NCBI GenBank assembly: GCA_029245865.1 | Contig: JAQWOM010000014.1 | Location: 2,206 to 66,205, forward strand | Source of the DNA: Planctomycetota bacterium | GTDB taxonomy: Bacteria > Planctomycetota > B15-G4 | DNA: 64,000 nucleotides | Direction: 5' to 3' | Shown here: piece by piece, positions 55,204 to 64,000 of the stretch | Numbering within the stretch: the stretch's first letter is position 1 | Layout of the letters: every line of letters starts with the position of its first letter | The notes under the pieces: generated by a model | Seen by the model: the letters and a program-made list of their open reading frames with translations, nothing else | Databases searched by the model: none | What the model was told of the DNA's origin: nothing | Program-made: the position numbers and the translations under genes

Positions 55204-57917
55204 ACGTGTGGCGCCGAGTCGGGTGGATTCTTCTCACGCTGTATCTTGCCGCTCTGACTGCGTCGAGCCTGGCATGGGCTCTCCGCACGACCGAGAAGCC
55301 TCAAGCACGAGAAGGTGTTTTATCTGTCACGCTGCCGGCGGCAGACAATGCCCTGCCGGTGCGCATCGCCTACCAACTCTTTGAACCGGCAGGCACCGAG
55401 AATCGCGCCGATCTGCCTGTCGTCGTGCTCATCCACGGCAGCCCCGGGCGCGGAGAGAACTTCACGTCTGCCAGCCGCGACCCTGGCATGGCACGTGCCC
55501 TGGCCCAACGCCACCTGGTGATTGTCCCGGACCTCCCAGGCTTCGGCGACTCGACGATCGACGCCCCCGAACTCTCCATCGCAGCACATGCCACCCACTT
55601 GCGCGGATTGCTCGATGCACTGGATATCCAGCGGGCACATCTCGTTGGCTACAGCATGGGTGGAGGTCCAGGCCTGCTTCTCTGGGATCAAGATCCTGGT
55701 CGCGTCGCCTCCCTCACCCTTCTTTCTTCGATCGGCGTCCAGGAGATGGAACTTCTGGGCGACTACACGCTCAATCACGCCATCCATGGTCTTCAGCTGA
55801 GTGCTTTTCAATCCGCTCGCATGCTCGTGCCCCACTTTGGAAACACCGAGTTCTTCGATTCGGCCATTGCCTATGCGCGAAACTTCTACGAGACAGACCA
55901 GCGCCCTTTGCGCGAGATTCTCCAGCGATTCGAACCTCCGTTACTGATTCTTCACGGCGAGCGCGACTTCCTCGTGCCCGTGCAGGCCGCCTACGAACAC
56001 CATCGCATTGCTCCTCACAGTGAATTGTGGGTGAACAATCAGAGCCATTTCATGGTGTTCGAGGATCGACCGGCACTTCTTGACCCTCTGATGAACTTCA
56101 TCGATCGAGTTGAATCCGGAAAAGCGAAGCACCTCGGTGAAGCGACCCCCGAACGCATCGCGCAAGCTGCTGAGAGCTTTGACCCTTCAACCATCCCACC
56201 TGCCACAGGCGTGTTCCTTGCGGTGCTCATGGCACTGCTCGCGCTTTCGACTTTGGTCAGTGAAGATCTCACGTGCATCGGAGCTGGCCTCATGGTGGCC
56301 AGCGGCCGGCTGAGTTTCCTCTCTGCTTCCGCCGCTTGCTTGGCGGGCATCTTCGTAGGCGACATCATGTTGTTTCTTGCGGGACGCATTCTGGGTCGAC
56401 CCGCCGTGCAACGCGCACCGCTCAAGTGGTTCGTGTCCTCTGCAGCTCTTGAACGCAGCCGTCGGTGGTTTGACGCACGTGGCCCCGTGGTCATCCTCAT
56501 GAGCCGCTTCATGCCCGGCATGCGTCTCCCGACCTACGTCGCTGCCGGCGTGTTGGGAACGAGCTTGCTGAAGTTCTGCCTTTGGTTTCTGCTGGCCGGA
56601 GTGCTCTGGACGCCTGCACTGGTAGGCCTCTCGATGGTGGCCGGTGAAGAGATCATGAACAGCTTTGGATGGCTTCAGGAGCATCCCATGCTGGGCATTG
56701 GCCTGGTGTTCGCCAGCTTGCTCGCTCTCCTGAAAATCTGCATCCCGATGTTCAGCCACCGCGGCCGTCGATTGCTGTATGGCCGCTGGCTACGGCTGAC
56801 ACGCTGGGAGTACTGGCCCACGTGGCTTCTGTATCCGCCCATCGTGCTCTACATCTTGTGGCTGGGCCTGAAGCACAGAAGCCTGACGGTGGTCACTGCG
56901 GTGAACCCGTGTATGCCAGCCGGTGGAATCATTGGTGAGTCGAAAACGGAAATCCTCGAACATATTCGTGCGTGCCTCGAAGAGCGCTCAGGAGAAGGGG
57001 CGGCACATCGTGTGTTACCTGCCAGCTGCTCAATCCCTGGCGACCTTTCGAGCGCCGCGCGTCTTGAGCGCGTGCACTCTTTCATGAAGGAGCATGCACT
57101 CGAATACCCCCTCGTACTCAAACCTGACGCAGGACAGCGCGGTTCAGGCGTTGAGATCGTGCGCGTGGCAGGCGAAGTGCCCGAGGCCCTGAACCGGCTC
57201 CCTGTCGATGTCACCGCACAGGAGTTCGTGGACGGACTCGAGTTCGGCATCTTCTACGCGCGAGATCCCGATGACATGGCGAGCGGGGATGTTTTCTCCA
57301 TCACCGCAAAGAAATTCCCCACGGTCACCGGCGATGGCTCGCGAACTCTCGAAGAACTGCTTCTCGACGACACGCGTGCCCCGGCCATGGTCCAGGCTTA
57401 CACGGCCAATCTCGGCGAACGCATCAACGATGTCCCGAAGGTCGGAGAAACCGTCAAGCTCACCGAGGTAGGCGCGCACGCTCGCGGAGCTATTTTTCTC
57501 GATGCCCGCGATCTACTCACCCCTCAACTCCAGGAGGCCGTGGACTCCATCAGTCGCCGCATTTCTGGTTTCTACTTCGGCCGATACGACATCATCGTGC
57601 CTACGGTTGAAGACTTGCAACTCGGCAAGAACTTGCGCGTCATCGAATTGAACGGCCTCACTTCCGAAGCCACCCACATTTACGATGCTCGCACACCACT
57701 TTTCAGAGCGCTGGGCACTCTGGCCAGCCAGTGGAGACGCGCATTTCGCATTGGCGTGGCCAATCGGGCACGCGGTGTCAAAACCACATCGGCCTGGGCA
57801 TTGGTGCGTCTCTCGATTGGCTTTTTGAAAACAGCAGCCAAACGCACGCGGTCTCGAAGTCAGCCTTGCTCGGCACCAGGCTCGAAGAAATCGACAAGTC
57901 CAGACTCCACATCGTAG
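55185..57917 (+). CDS. tri-domain fusion: alpha/beta-hydrolase + DedA/VTT membrane domain + ATP-grasp ligase
   Basis: Hydrolase module: 'VVLIHGSPG', 'GYSMGGG', 'GERDFLVP', 'QSHFM'. DedA module: 'SEDLTCIGAGLMVASG', 'SRFMPGMRLPTYVAAG'. ATP-grasp module: 'LVLKPDAGQRGSGVEIV', 'VIELNGLTSE'. It is one open frame of 910 codons. GTG 55185 overlaps the previous gene by 19 nt, and an alternative GTG lies at 55206. Confidence 0.75.
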   Translation: MHGSQLNVWRRVGWILLTLYLAALTASSLAWALRTTEKPQAREGVLSVTLPAADNALPVRIAYQLFEPAGTENRADLPVVVLIHGSPGRGENFTSASRDPGMARALAQRHLVIVPDLPGFGDSTIDAPELSIAAHATHLRGLLDALDIQRAHLVGYSMGGGPGLLLWDQDPGRVASLTLLSSIGVQEMELLGDYTLNHAIHGLQLSAFQSARMLVPHFGNTEFFDSAIAYARNFYETDQRPLREILQRFEPPLLILHGERDFLVPVQAAYEHHRIAPHSELWVNNQSHFMVFEDRPALLDPLMNFIDRVESGKAKHLGEATPERIAQAAESFDPSTIPPATGVFLAVLMALLALSTLVSEDLTCIGAGLMVASGRLSFLSASAACLAGIFVGDIMLFLAGRILGRPAVQRAPLKWFVSSAALERSRRWFDARGPVVILMSRFMPGMRLPTYVAAGVLGTSLLKFCLWFLLAGVLWTPALVGLSMVAGEEIMNSFGWLQEHPMLGIGLVFASLLALLKICIPMFSHRGRRLLYGRWLRLTRWEYWPTWLLYPPIVLYILWLGLKHRSLTVVTAVNPCMPAGGIIGESKTEILEHIRACLEERSGEGAAHRVLPASCSIPGDLSSAARLERVHSFMKEHALEYPLVLKPDAGQRGSGVEIVRVAGEVPEALNRLPVDVTAQEFVDGLEFGIFYARDPDDMASGDVFSITAKKFPTVTGDGSRTLEELLLDDTRAPAMVQAYTANLGERINDVPKVGETVKLTEVGAHARGAIFLDARDLLTPQLQEAVDSISRRISGFYFGRYDIIVPTVEDLQLGKNLRVIELNGLTSEATHIYDARTPLFRALGTLASQWRRAFRIGVANRARGVKTTSAWALVRLSIGFLKTAAKRTRSRSQPCSAPGSKKSTSPDSTS

Positions 57918-58507
57918 GTCGCACCCACGATCCGCAGGCCCGAACCTCGCGCGCATTCGGACAGGACGCTCGAGTCATTTCGAAGACTTGTCACCGAATT
58001 GATCACGTTCGAGCGCACGGCCGCATCCATCCAGAGGTCAGTTGCCATGGGCTCACTTGCATCGGCAGCCAACTGCACCGAGGGTGCAATGTGATCCAGG
58101 ATCGATTGCAGTTCTGGCGACGGCCTTCCGCTTGGCTTCCTGAGCTCTTCATAACTTGCCCAGACTGCAGCACACATCGAATGACCCAATACGACAACGA
58201 GTTGCGTGCCAAAAGCTTCCGCGGCCAATTCAACGCTGCCCACGACGTGCTGAGACGCGATGTTTCCGGCCACACGCAACACCAGAAGATCGCCCAATCC
58301 CTGTCCAAAAATGATCTCGGGCGGCACGCGTGAATCGAGACATCCCAACACAATGGCGAAAGGCTTCTGTACGGCCGCCACTTCACGTCGCCTCTCCGTA
58401 CCGCAATCCTGCGCGGCAAGGCCTTCGCCGGCCGCAAAGCGCCGGTTGCCCTCGCGCAAGCGATCGAGAGCCTCCTCTGCTGTGACCTCGGACTTGTTCT
58501 CTTTCAT
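57860..58507 (-). CDS. beta-class carbonic anhydrase
   Basis: 'LGCLDSRVPPE', 'GDLLVLRVAGN' and 'VVVLGHSMCAAV' are the Cys/Asp-Arg/His-x-x-Cys zinc-site motifs. Confidence 0.9.
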   Translation of the reverse strand: MKENKSEVTAEEALDRLREGNRRFAAGEGLAAQDCGTERRREVAAVQKPFAIVLGCLDSRVPPEIIFGQGLGDLLVLRVAGNIASQHVVGSVELAAEAFGTQLVVVLGHSMCAAVWASYEELRKPSGRPSPELQSILDHIAPSVQLAADASEPMATDLWMDAAVRSNVINSVTSLRNDSSVLSECARGSGLRIVGATYDVESGLVDFFEPGAEQG

Positions 58508-58573
58508 TTGGATCTGCCGTGCATGTCGGTTCGCTTCAGCCCAACGATTGATTCACTCGACGTTCTTTGGGGT

Positions 58574-60031
58574 TCATTCGGAATTCGGATTGCCGCCGGG
58601 TAGCCATGCGGGATCAAGTGCACCGCTCACGACCGGGACAAGTGCTTGGTAAGACACTTCTGCACAGATCTCCATGTGAGGCCAGTTCAAAGTGTCGGTT
58701 TCATCCGTGACCTCATGATAATGCTCCACCATCCCACCCGTGCTGATGGAGTGCCCGGGAATACCTTGCCTCACGAAAGCCAGGTTGTCCGAGCGAAAGA
58801 AAAGCTGTAGCTGCGGATAAGGGTCCGCCTGAATGGGGAGCTCCATCGCCGCCCAACTCGGTCCCAGATTGCTGCGCTCGAAGCCCGTCAGGAACATTTT
58901 CCCGAAACCACCGGCCCCTTCGTCTGGCTGACCGAGCATCTCGAAGTTGACGTTGCAAACGATGTCTTCCAGCGGCACTGGTGGGTTTTGAACGAAGTAC
59001 GTGCTCCCCAGAAGGCCTTGCTCTTCGGCCGTCACAAGAGCGAACACCAGCGTACGCGCGGGGGCCTCGCCCTCACCGAAGAGCCGTGCAAGTTCGAGGA
59101 CTACGGCCACTCCACTCGCATCGTCATTCGCACCGTTAAAAATGCGGTCTTCAGCAGACTTGTCAGGGCTCACACCTACGTGATCGTAATGCGCTGTGAG
59201 GACAACGACCTCGTCAGCCAGGTCAGGGCGGTCAGGCGTCCCGACCCCAGGGATCTTGCCGACAACATTGAGGGCTGCGACCGGCTCTTCGCCCGCAAGT
59301 TCAAAGCTGACACGGTCCAGCTCTCCTGAGCGCACACGCTCCAGCGCAGGCCCGTTCAGCATGATCGAAGCGGGCGCCTCGGGCCGTCCGACGAGATGCT
59401 CAGGCAGCGGCCGCGTCTTTCCCACTCCGGGTCGACCCGCAAACAACACGATGTCAGCAATCGCCGCCAGTTCGTCTCTTCGATCCCGAGCAAGTCGGAA
59501 ACCTGCAGCAGGATCATCCAGATCGATGAACAACGCGACCGGGCCAGAGCCATGGACCTCAGGCAGCACGCTCGGATCGTTCATCGTGACGAGAGTCGCG
59601 TTCTGCACGCCGCCAATGCCGGACATGAGTCGGTAATCAGCGCCGTGAACACACTCCAAAGACTCGGCCGCTTCTCCCGCAAGTGTCAGCTTCGGTGGGC
59701 GCGTCAGGTCGACACCCTGCAAATCCATGACCTGATACCAGCCACCGCCATCGCCCGCCGGCTCGGCTCCTGCTTTCCGCAAGACTTCCGCGAGATAGCC
59801 CGCAGCGCGTAGAGACTCCTGAGTTCCCGTGTCACGGCCGCGCAGTGCGTCTGAAGCCAAAAAGCGCACGTGGGACTCGAGATTCTCCGAGAGGCTCCCG
59901 GCGGGTGGGCTCGGCGTGCCTTGGGGAGCGAGTCGCGTCGACTGGCATGCAACAGAAACCATGAGCAGGCCGCTCGCAAGCAGCCAGGTCGTACACCGAG
60001 AAACCGAATCAAGGCGATCTTGGTGGAACAT
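58574..60031 (-). CDS. M28-family metallopeptidase with PA domain (lipoprotein)
   Basis: 'VVLTAHYDHVGV...IFNGANDDASGVAVVLELARLF', 'FALVTAEEQGLLGSTYF' and 'YHEVTDE'. ATG 60031 gives MFHQDRLDSVSRCTTWLLASGLLMVSVACQS and avoids overlap with the upstream gene. Confidence 0.85.
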   Translation of the reverse strand: MFHQDRLDSVSRCTTWLLASGLLMVSVACQSTRLAPQGTPSPPAGSLSENLESHVRFLASDALRGRDTGTQESLRAAGYLAEVLRKAGAEPAGDGGGWYQVMDLQGVDLTRPPKLTLAGEAAESLECVHGADYRLMSGIGGVQNATLVTMNDPSVLPEVHGSGPVALFIDLDDPAAGFRLARDRRDELAAIADIVLFAGRPGVGKTRPLPEHLVGRPEAPASIMLNGPALERVRSGELDRVSFELAGEEPVAALNVVGKIPGVGTPDRPDLADEVVVLTAHYDHVGVSPDKSAEDRIFNGANDDASGVAVVLELARLFGEGEAPARTLVFALVTAEEQGLLGSTYFVQNPPVPLEDIVCNVNFEMLGQPDEGAGGFGKMFLTGFERSNLGPSWAAMELPIQADPYPQLQLFFRSDNLAFVRQGIPGHSISTGGMVEHYHEVTDETDTLNWPHMEICAEVSYQALVPVVSGALDPAWLPGGNPNSE

Positions 60032-60041
60032 ACGGCGCAGG

Positions 60042-61043
60042 TTAGCAGTCCAGCTCGAAACGTCGAAAGCCAGCTGCATGCCTATCGGCGAAATCACCGA
60101 AAACTGAGGGATGAATGCAGGCGGCCAAGATCTCCAGTGACTCCACGATGCGTGGCCCAGGGCGATTGAAATAAGCATTCCCATCGGCCACCCAGACAGC
60201 CCCCTTGGCGACAGCTGGCCACGGCATATCGCGCAGCAAGGCGCGTAATTCATCGCCCTCATCGATTGTCTGTCGAAGTGGGAAACCGCAGGGTTTCACG
60301 AGCACAACGTCTGGAGCTGGATCCAGTGCGGCGAGGGCAGCCGAGTCCAAAGTCGGTGCGTACTCGCCTGCCTGTGTCACCAAAGGCTCACCGCCCGCCC
60401 GTGTCACAAGTTCAGGCATCCACATGCCACCCACCATCACCGGATCAATCCACTCGATGGTGAGCACGCGCGGTCGATGACCGAGCCCCCCACTCTTGTC
60501 CGGCGCCCGTGCGTCTTTCGCACGAGCTTCAACAGCGTTGATCCGCGCGTCCATGTCAGCAACGACCGCTTGAGCTTCTGCCTCGCGACCGAGTGCCTGC
60601 CCCACACGCAGCATGTCTTGCCTGATATCGCTCAGAACCTTCGGGTGAAGGTTGACGAGCTGAACTTCAGGATTCGTAAGACTTTGTGCTGCCGCGACAA
60701 CGTCGTCGTAAGCCACGGCACAAACTTCGCACAGGTCCTGCGTGACAATGACATCCGGACGAACCTGTTCGAGTTCGTCAGCATCGACTTGGTAGACCGC
60801 CATGGCATCTTGAAGTACCGATCGCAGATCGCGATCGATGACCCCCGAACTCTTGCTCGTTGTCAGCCTGCTTGCGGTCATGACTGGCCTGCCGACCACG
60901 GACGCTGGGAAATCACACTCATGAGAGACGCCAACGAGATGAGCCTCCATGCCGAGTGCGCACACCATTTCAGTGGCAGATGGCAGCAAGCTCACGATTC
61001 GAGGGAACTCAACGTGCGTTGTAGAAACTGTTTCAGAGGGCAT
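60042..61043 (-). CDS. BtuF/FhuD-like (Peripla_BP_2) cobalamin/iron-complex binding protein without an evident signal peptide
   Basis: 'RIVSLLPSATEMVCALGMEAHLVGVSHECDFP', 'PDVIVTQ' and 'NRPGPRIVESLEILA' fit the class III SBP pattern. The N-terminus has no hydrophobic signal. Confidence 0.75.
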   Translation of the reverse strand: MPSETVSTTHVEFPRIVSLLPSATEMVCALGMEAHLVGVSHECDFPASVVGRPVMTASRLTTSKSSGVIDRDLRSVLQDAMAVYQVDADELEQVRPDVIVTQDLCEVCAVAYDDVVAAAQSLTNPEVQLVNLHPKVLSDIRQDMLRVGQALGREAEAQAVVADMDARINAVEARAKDARAPDKSGGLGHRPRVLTIEWIDPVMVGGMWMPELVTRAGGEPLVTQAGEYAPTLDSAALAALDPAPDVVLVKPCGFPLRQTIDEGDELRALLRDMPWPAVAKGAVWVADGNAYFNRPGPRIVESLEILAACIHPSVFGDFADRHAAGFRRFELDC

Positions 61044-61120
61044 GGCGGCGCAGTTTAATCACAAGGGGTCACCACGGCGAATCGAGCAACCCATCATGCC
61101 TGACGCTGCAGCGCGCCGCG

Positions 61121-61945
61121 TCAGGAACCCGCCGCCTCTGCCGTGCGCGCCTCGGCAATCTCCCTCGCGACCTGATCCCAGAGAAGCGCGCGGGCTCGCA
61201 GCGCTTTTTCTGCGGTCTCCTTGGCTTCAGACCAAAGCTTTTCGTCATTGCCGCAAAGCCTCTTGACCAGCAACTCGGCTTGGGGGCCATGTTCTTCGGA
61301 ATCCTTCTGGATGTGTCGGTCCAGGTAGTGCCGCAAGAGACTCCATGAGTCCGGAGAAGTCGCGGAGAGCTGTTCAACAAAACGGCGGAACATGGCGGGA
61401 ATGACATTTTCGCGGCCATAAGTGAAAGCTGCGGCAACACGATGCGCTTGGCCTGACAGCGCGATCTTCATGGTTTCCCTCACGAAAGGGCGGGCACCAG
61501 CAGGAAGCGCCGGCACGTCCATCGCTTCTTCGACCGAAAAGCCCCGTCGCAAACCTTCGACAAATGCTTCGATCGGCTGCGTGTTCGCACCGCACTGCTT
61601 CATGGCAGAGAAATACATCTCGAAGTGTGAAAGGTGCCCTCCTCCTGGAACTTCATCGCTCTCTTCGTCGAGAACGATTTCGTTAATCAAGCGCCGCGCC
61701 TCAGGATCCGCAGTCGGGATCCACGGCACCTCGACACAGGTCACCAACCGCTGCAAAGCAGTTAAGAGTGATTGGAAATCCCAGACCGCAAAGACATGCG
61801 TCTCCATGAAGATCCGAACGCTCCGGTCATCATGAAGGCAGCCGTAAAGTGGATGCCTCATCAAACCTTCACGCAACGGGCTCAAAACGACCTCAAGAAC
61901 TGTCTGAGGGGAAGTGCCCAGCGGGTGATTTGTCTTCGCGTTCAT
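61121..61945 (-). CDS. DUF3050-family (heme-oxygenase-like fold) protein
   Basis: 'HPLYGCL...IFMETHVFAVWDFQSLLTALQRLVTCVEVPWIPTADPEARRLINEIVLDEESDE...SHFEMYFSAMKQCGA' matches my memory of the DUF3050 conserved core. The start is ATG 61945. Confidence 0.65.
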   Translation of the reverse strand: MNAKTNHPLGTSPQTVLEVVLSPLREGLMRHPLYGCLHDDRSVRIFMETHVFAVWDFQSLLTALQRLVTCVEVPWIPTADPEARRLINEIVLDEESDEVPGGGHLSHFEMYFSAMKQCGANTQPIEAFVEGLRRGFSVEEAMDVPALPAGARPFVRETMKIALSGQAHRVAAAFTYGRENVIPAMFRRFVEQLSATSPDSWSLLRHYLDRHIQKDSEEHGPQAELLVKRLCGNDEKLWSEAKETAEKALRARALLWDQVAREIAEARTAEAAGS

Positions 61946-62155
61946 GGAGAGCCTTGCGCTGGAGAGGCAGGCAGGATCATACGGCCCAACGAGTCGCATA
62001 GTCACAAGATCCCCACTCCAGGGGCTCTTGAGCAAGAACGAACTGAGCGCAAATGCTACGCATGCGGGGGCATCACTGATGGACAGATCAACATGTCACG
62101 CCACAGTTGGAGCGGCCTGGATAGCCTGAATAGCACCGGGAATCGAGGCGCAGCC

Positions 62156-63847
62156 TCAATCCGCAGAGAAACGCCGGTGCGTTCCTGGGCTCTCCTCTGC
62201 CGAAAGCCCGGCGGCCTCGCGCAACTCGGACCGCTTCTCGCGCCAACTCTCGTAATTCCCAGGATGGAAATGCACCCCCAGGTCCTGGTCAAAGGCGAGG
62301 ATGTGCGTCGCGATGCGATCGAGGAACCAACGGTCGTGCGTCACCACAATGCAGCAGCCGGGGAAACGCAACAGGGCCTCTTCAAGATGTCGAAGAGTAG
62401 GTAAGTCGAGGTCGTTGGTGGGCTCGTCAAGCAACACCAGGTTGCCCCCTTTGGCAAGCATCTTGGCCATCTGCACCCGGTTGCGCTCACCGCCAGAGAG
62501 CGTGCCCATCAGCTTGCTTTGCTCGGCACCTCGGAAGTTGAAACGCGAAACGTAGGCTCGCCCGTTGATCTCCATGTCACCGACTCGAATCACCTCGGTG
62601 CCACCCGTCACCTCGTCGTAAACATCGTTCTTCGGATTCAACTCGTCGCGGCTCTGGTCCAGGTAGCAAAGATCGACCGTCTCACCCAATTCAATAGAAC
62701 CCGCATCGGGTGTCTCCTGGCCGACAATCATCTTCATGAGTGTTGTCTTGCCGGTCCCATTCGGGCCCACCACGCCCAAGATGCAACCCGGAGGCATTTC
62801 AAAGGACAGGCCATCGAAAAGAAGGCGGTCGCCAAAACCTTTCTTCAAGTCCTTCACGACCATGACCTTGTCGCCCAATCGCTTGGTGAATGGAATGTTT
62901 AGACGCACTTCGTCCTTGGAAGTCTTTCGCGCCTCAGCAACCAGGTCGTCGTAACGCTGCACACGAGCCTTGCTCTTGGTCGTACGCCCTTTGGGGTTCT
63001 TTCGGATCCAGTCCAACTCACGGGTGATGAGCTTCGCACGCTCGTCGTCCTGCTTGTTCCGCGTCCGGTAGAACTCCTCACGCTGCTCCAGGTAGCTGCT
63101 GTAGTTGCCCTCGTACGGGCGCGCAGTGCCTCGGTCAATCTCGAGCATCCAGTTCACGACGTTGTCCAGAAAGTAGCGATCGTGGGTGATCAGGATGACA
63201 GTCCCGTTGTAATTCTGCAGGTGGCGCTCAAGCCAGGTCACCGTCGAAGCATCAAGATGGTTGGTGGGCTCATCCAACAACAGAAGATCCGGGTGTTCCA
63301 TGAGCGTGCGACACAAGGCGACGCGACGTTTCTCGCCACCCGACAGGTTCGTCACGGGATCGTCTGCTGGGGGTAAGCGCAACGCCATCATGGCTTGCTC
63401 GACATGCCGGTCGAGTTCCCAGGCGTCCTTGTCCTCGATCTCCTCTTGCAACTTGGACATCTTCTCGAGCAACTCGTTCATCTCGGCTTCCGGCATTTCC
63501 TCGCCAAGACGCTCGCTGATCTGCTCGTACTCCTTCACCATGGCGCGAATGGGCGCAATGGCTTTCTCCACGTTCTCGATCACCGTCAGTTCAGGATCGA
63601 GCTGTGGCTCCTGGTGCACGTACCCGATCGTGACGCCGGGCGTCGCTTGCGCCGTACCCTCGTACTCGTTGTCTTCACCGGCGATGATGCGCAAAAGTGT
63701 CGACTTGCCCATGCCATTGGGTCCAATGACACCAATGCGCGCGCCCTTGATGAAAGAGAGGGTGAATCCCTCGAACAGGACGCGCGAGCCAAAGGACTTG
63801 CCGACCTCGTGGAGGGTGAAAGAGATGTCTGAGGTACTGACGCCCAT
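62156..63847 (-). CDS. ettA: ABC-F translational throttle protein EttA
   Basis: There are two ABC ATPase cassettes and no TM domain: 'GVIGPNGMGKSTLLRI', 'LSGGEKRRVALCRTL', 'GVVGPNGTGKTTLMKM' and 'LSGGERNRVQMAKML'. The N-terminus and the ~560-aa length are EttA-like. The start is ATG 63847. Confidence 0.9.
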   Translation of the reverse strand: MGVSTSDISFTLHEVGKSFGSRVLFEGFTLSFIKGARIGVIGPNGMGKSTLLRIIAGEDNEYEGTAQATPGVTIGYVHQEPQLDPELTVIENVEKAIAPIRAMVKEYEQISERLGEEMPEAEMNELLEKMSKLQEEIEDKDAWELDRHVEQAMMALRLPPADDPVTNLSGGEKRRVALCRTLMEHPDLLLLDEPTNHLDASTVTWLERHLQNYNGTVILITHDRYFLDNVVNWMLEIDRGTARPYEGNYSSYLEQREEFYRTRNKQDDERAKLITRELDWIRKNPKGRTTKSKARVQRYDDLVAEARKTSKDEVRLNIPFTKRLGDKVMVVKDLKKGFGDRLLFDGLSFEMPPGCILGVVGPNGTGKTTLMKMIVGQETPDAGSIELGETVDLCYLDQSRDELNPKNDVYDEVTGGTEVIRVGDMEINGRAYVSRFNFRGAEQSKLMGTLSGGERNRVQMAKMLAKGGNLVLLDEPTNDLDLPTLRHLEEALLRFPGCCIVVTHDRWFLDRIATHILAFDQDLGVHFHPGNYESWREKRSELREAAGLSAEESPGTHRRFSAD

Positions 63848-63928
63848 GGCAGGCCATCTTCCAACAGCGTGGGAAACACGAGATTGTAACGGACCGGACA
63901 TGTTTTGGCCCAGACCGAGCGAAAGGCA

Positions 63929-64000
63929 ATGAAACTCGAGCGTCTCAAGTTGGCGCGCCTTCAGCTCATCGTGGCGGCCATCCTGTTCTCCACCGGCGGT
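63929..64000 (+). CDS. 5' fragment of a membrane protein, possibly a DMT/EamA transporter (runs off the window)
   Basis: ATG 63929 gives MKLERLKLARLQLIVAAILFSTGG, open to the window end. Only 24 codons are visible. Confidence 0.3.
   Translation, partial: MKLERLKLARLQLIVAAILFSTGG

Overview
GC-rich, very gene-dense chromosomal window. I count about 55 protein genes and one RNase P RNA. The host looks like a diderm bacterium, because LptE-like, BamD-like, secretin, Skp-like and MsbA-like genes are all present. I found no rRNA, tRNA, CRISPR array, transposase, integrase or phage genes. Many of the long ORFs in the track are GC-driven shadow ORFs lying antisense to real genes. Several real genes need internal or GTG/TTG starts that are shorter than the listed ORF.

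Layout:
- 1-5.3 kb: a partial HEAT/TPR gene, then a translationally coupled Skp-like, secretin and Na+/solute symporter operon.
- 5.5-15 kb: rpsO-pnp, queC, a TPR protein, a CxxC secreted protein, hutI and a CNNM/CorC transporter.
- 15.1-28.0 kb: a 12-gene head-to-tail string on the minus strand (recO, bamD-like, lptE-like, ftsH, folP, ispH, cdaA, cdaR, glmM, tsaB, alr, manC). Most junctions are 4-nt start/stop overlaps.
- 28-37 kb: an MsbA-like ABC exporter, a decayed sulfatase remnant, then a minus-strand run of a PD40 protein, an M28 peptidase, a beta-propeller protein, a CHAT protease and a SAM methyltransferase.
- 37-49 kb: two coupled GT-C-like membrane proteins, a YkgJ protein, an M28 peptidase, ruvX, rnpB, Nudix, manA, GT4 and GT26.
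- 49-58 kb, the most interesting part: a cysteine-dioxygenase-like cupin and a B12-radical-SAM gene, divergent from an acyl-CoA ligase, an OlsB-like N-acyltransferase, an OlsA-like O-acyltransferase and a 910-aa alpha/beta-hydrolase/DedA/ATP-grasp fusion. I interpret this as a candidate uncharacterised aminolipid head-group-extension system.
- 58-64 kb: beta-carbonic anhydrase, an M28 peptidase, a BtuF-like protein, DUF3050, ettA and a partial DMT transporter.

All functional calls come from motif recognition by eye. No database search was run.
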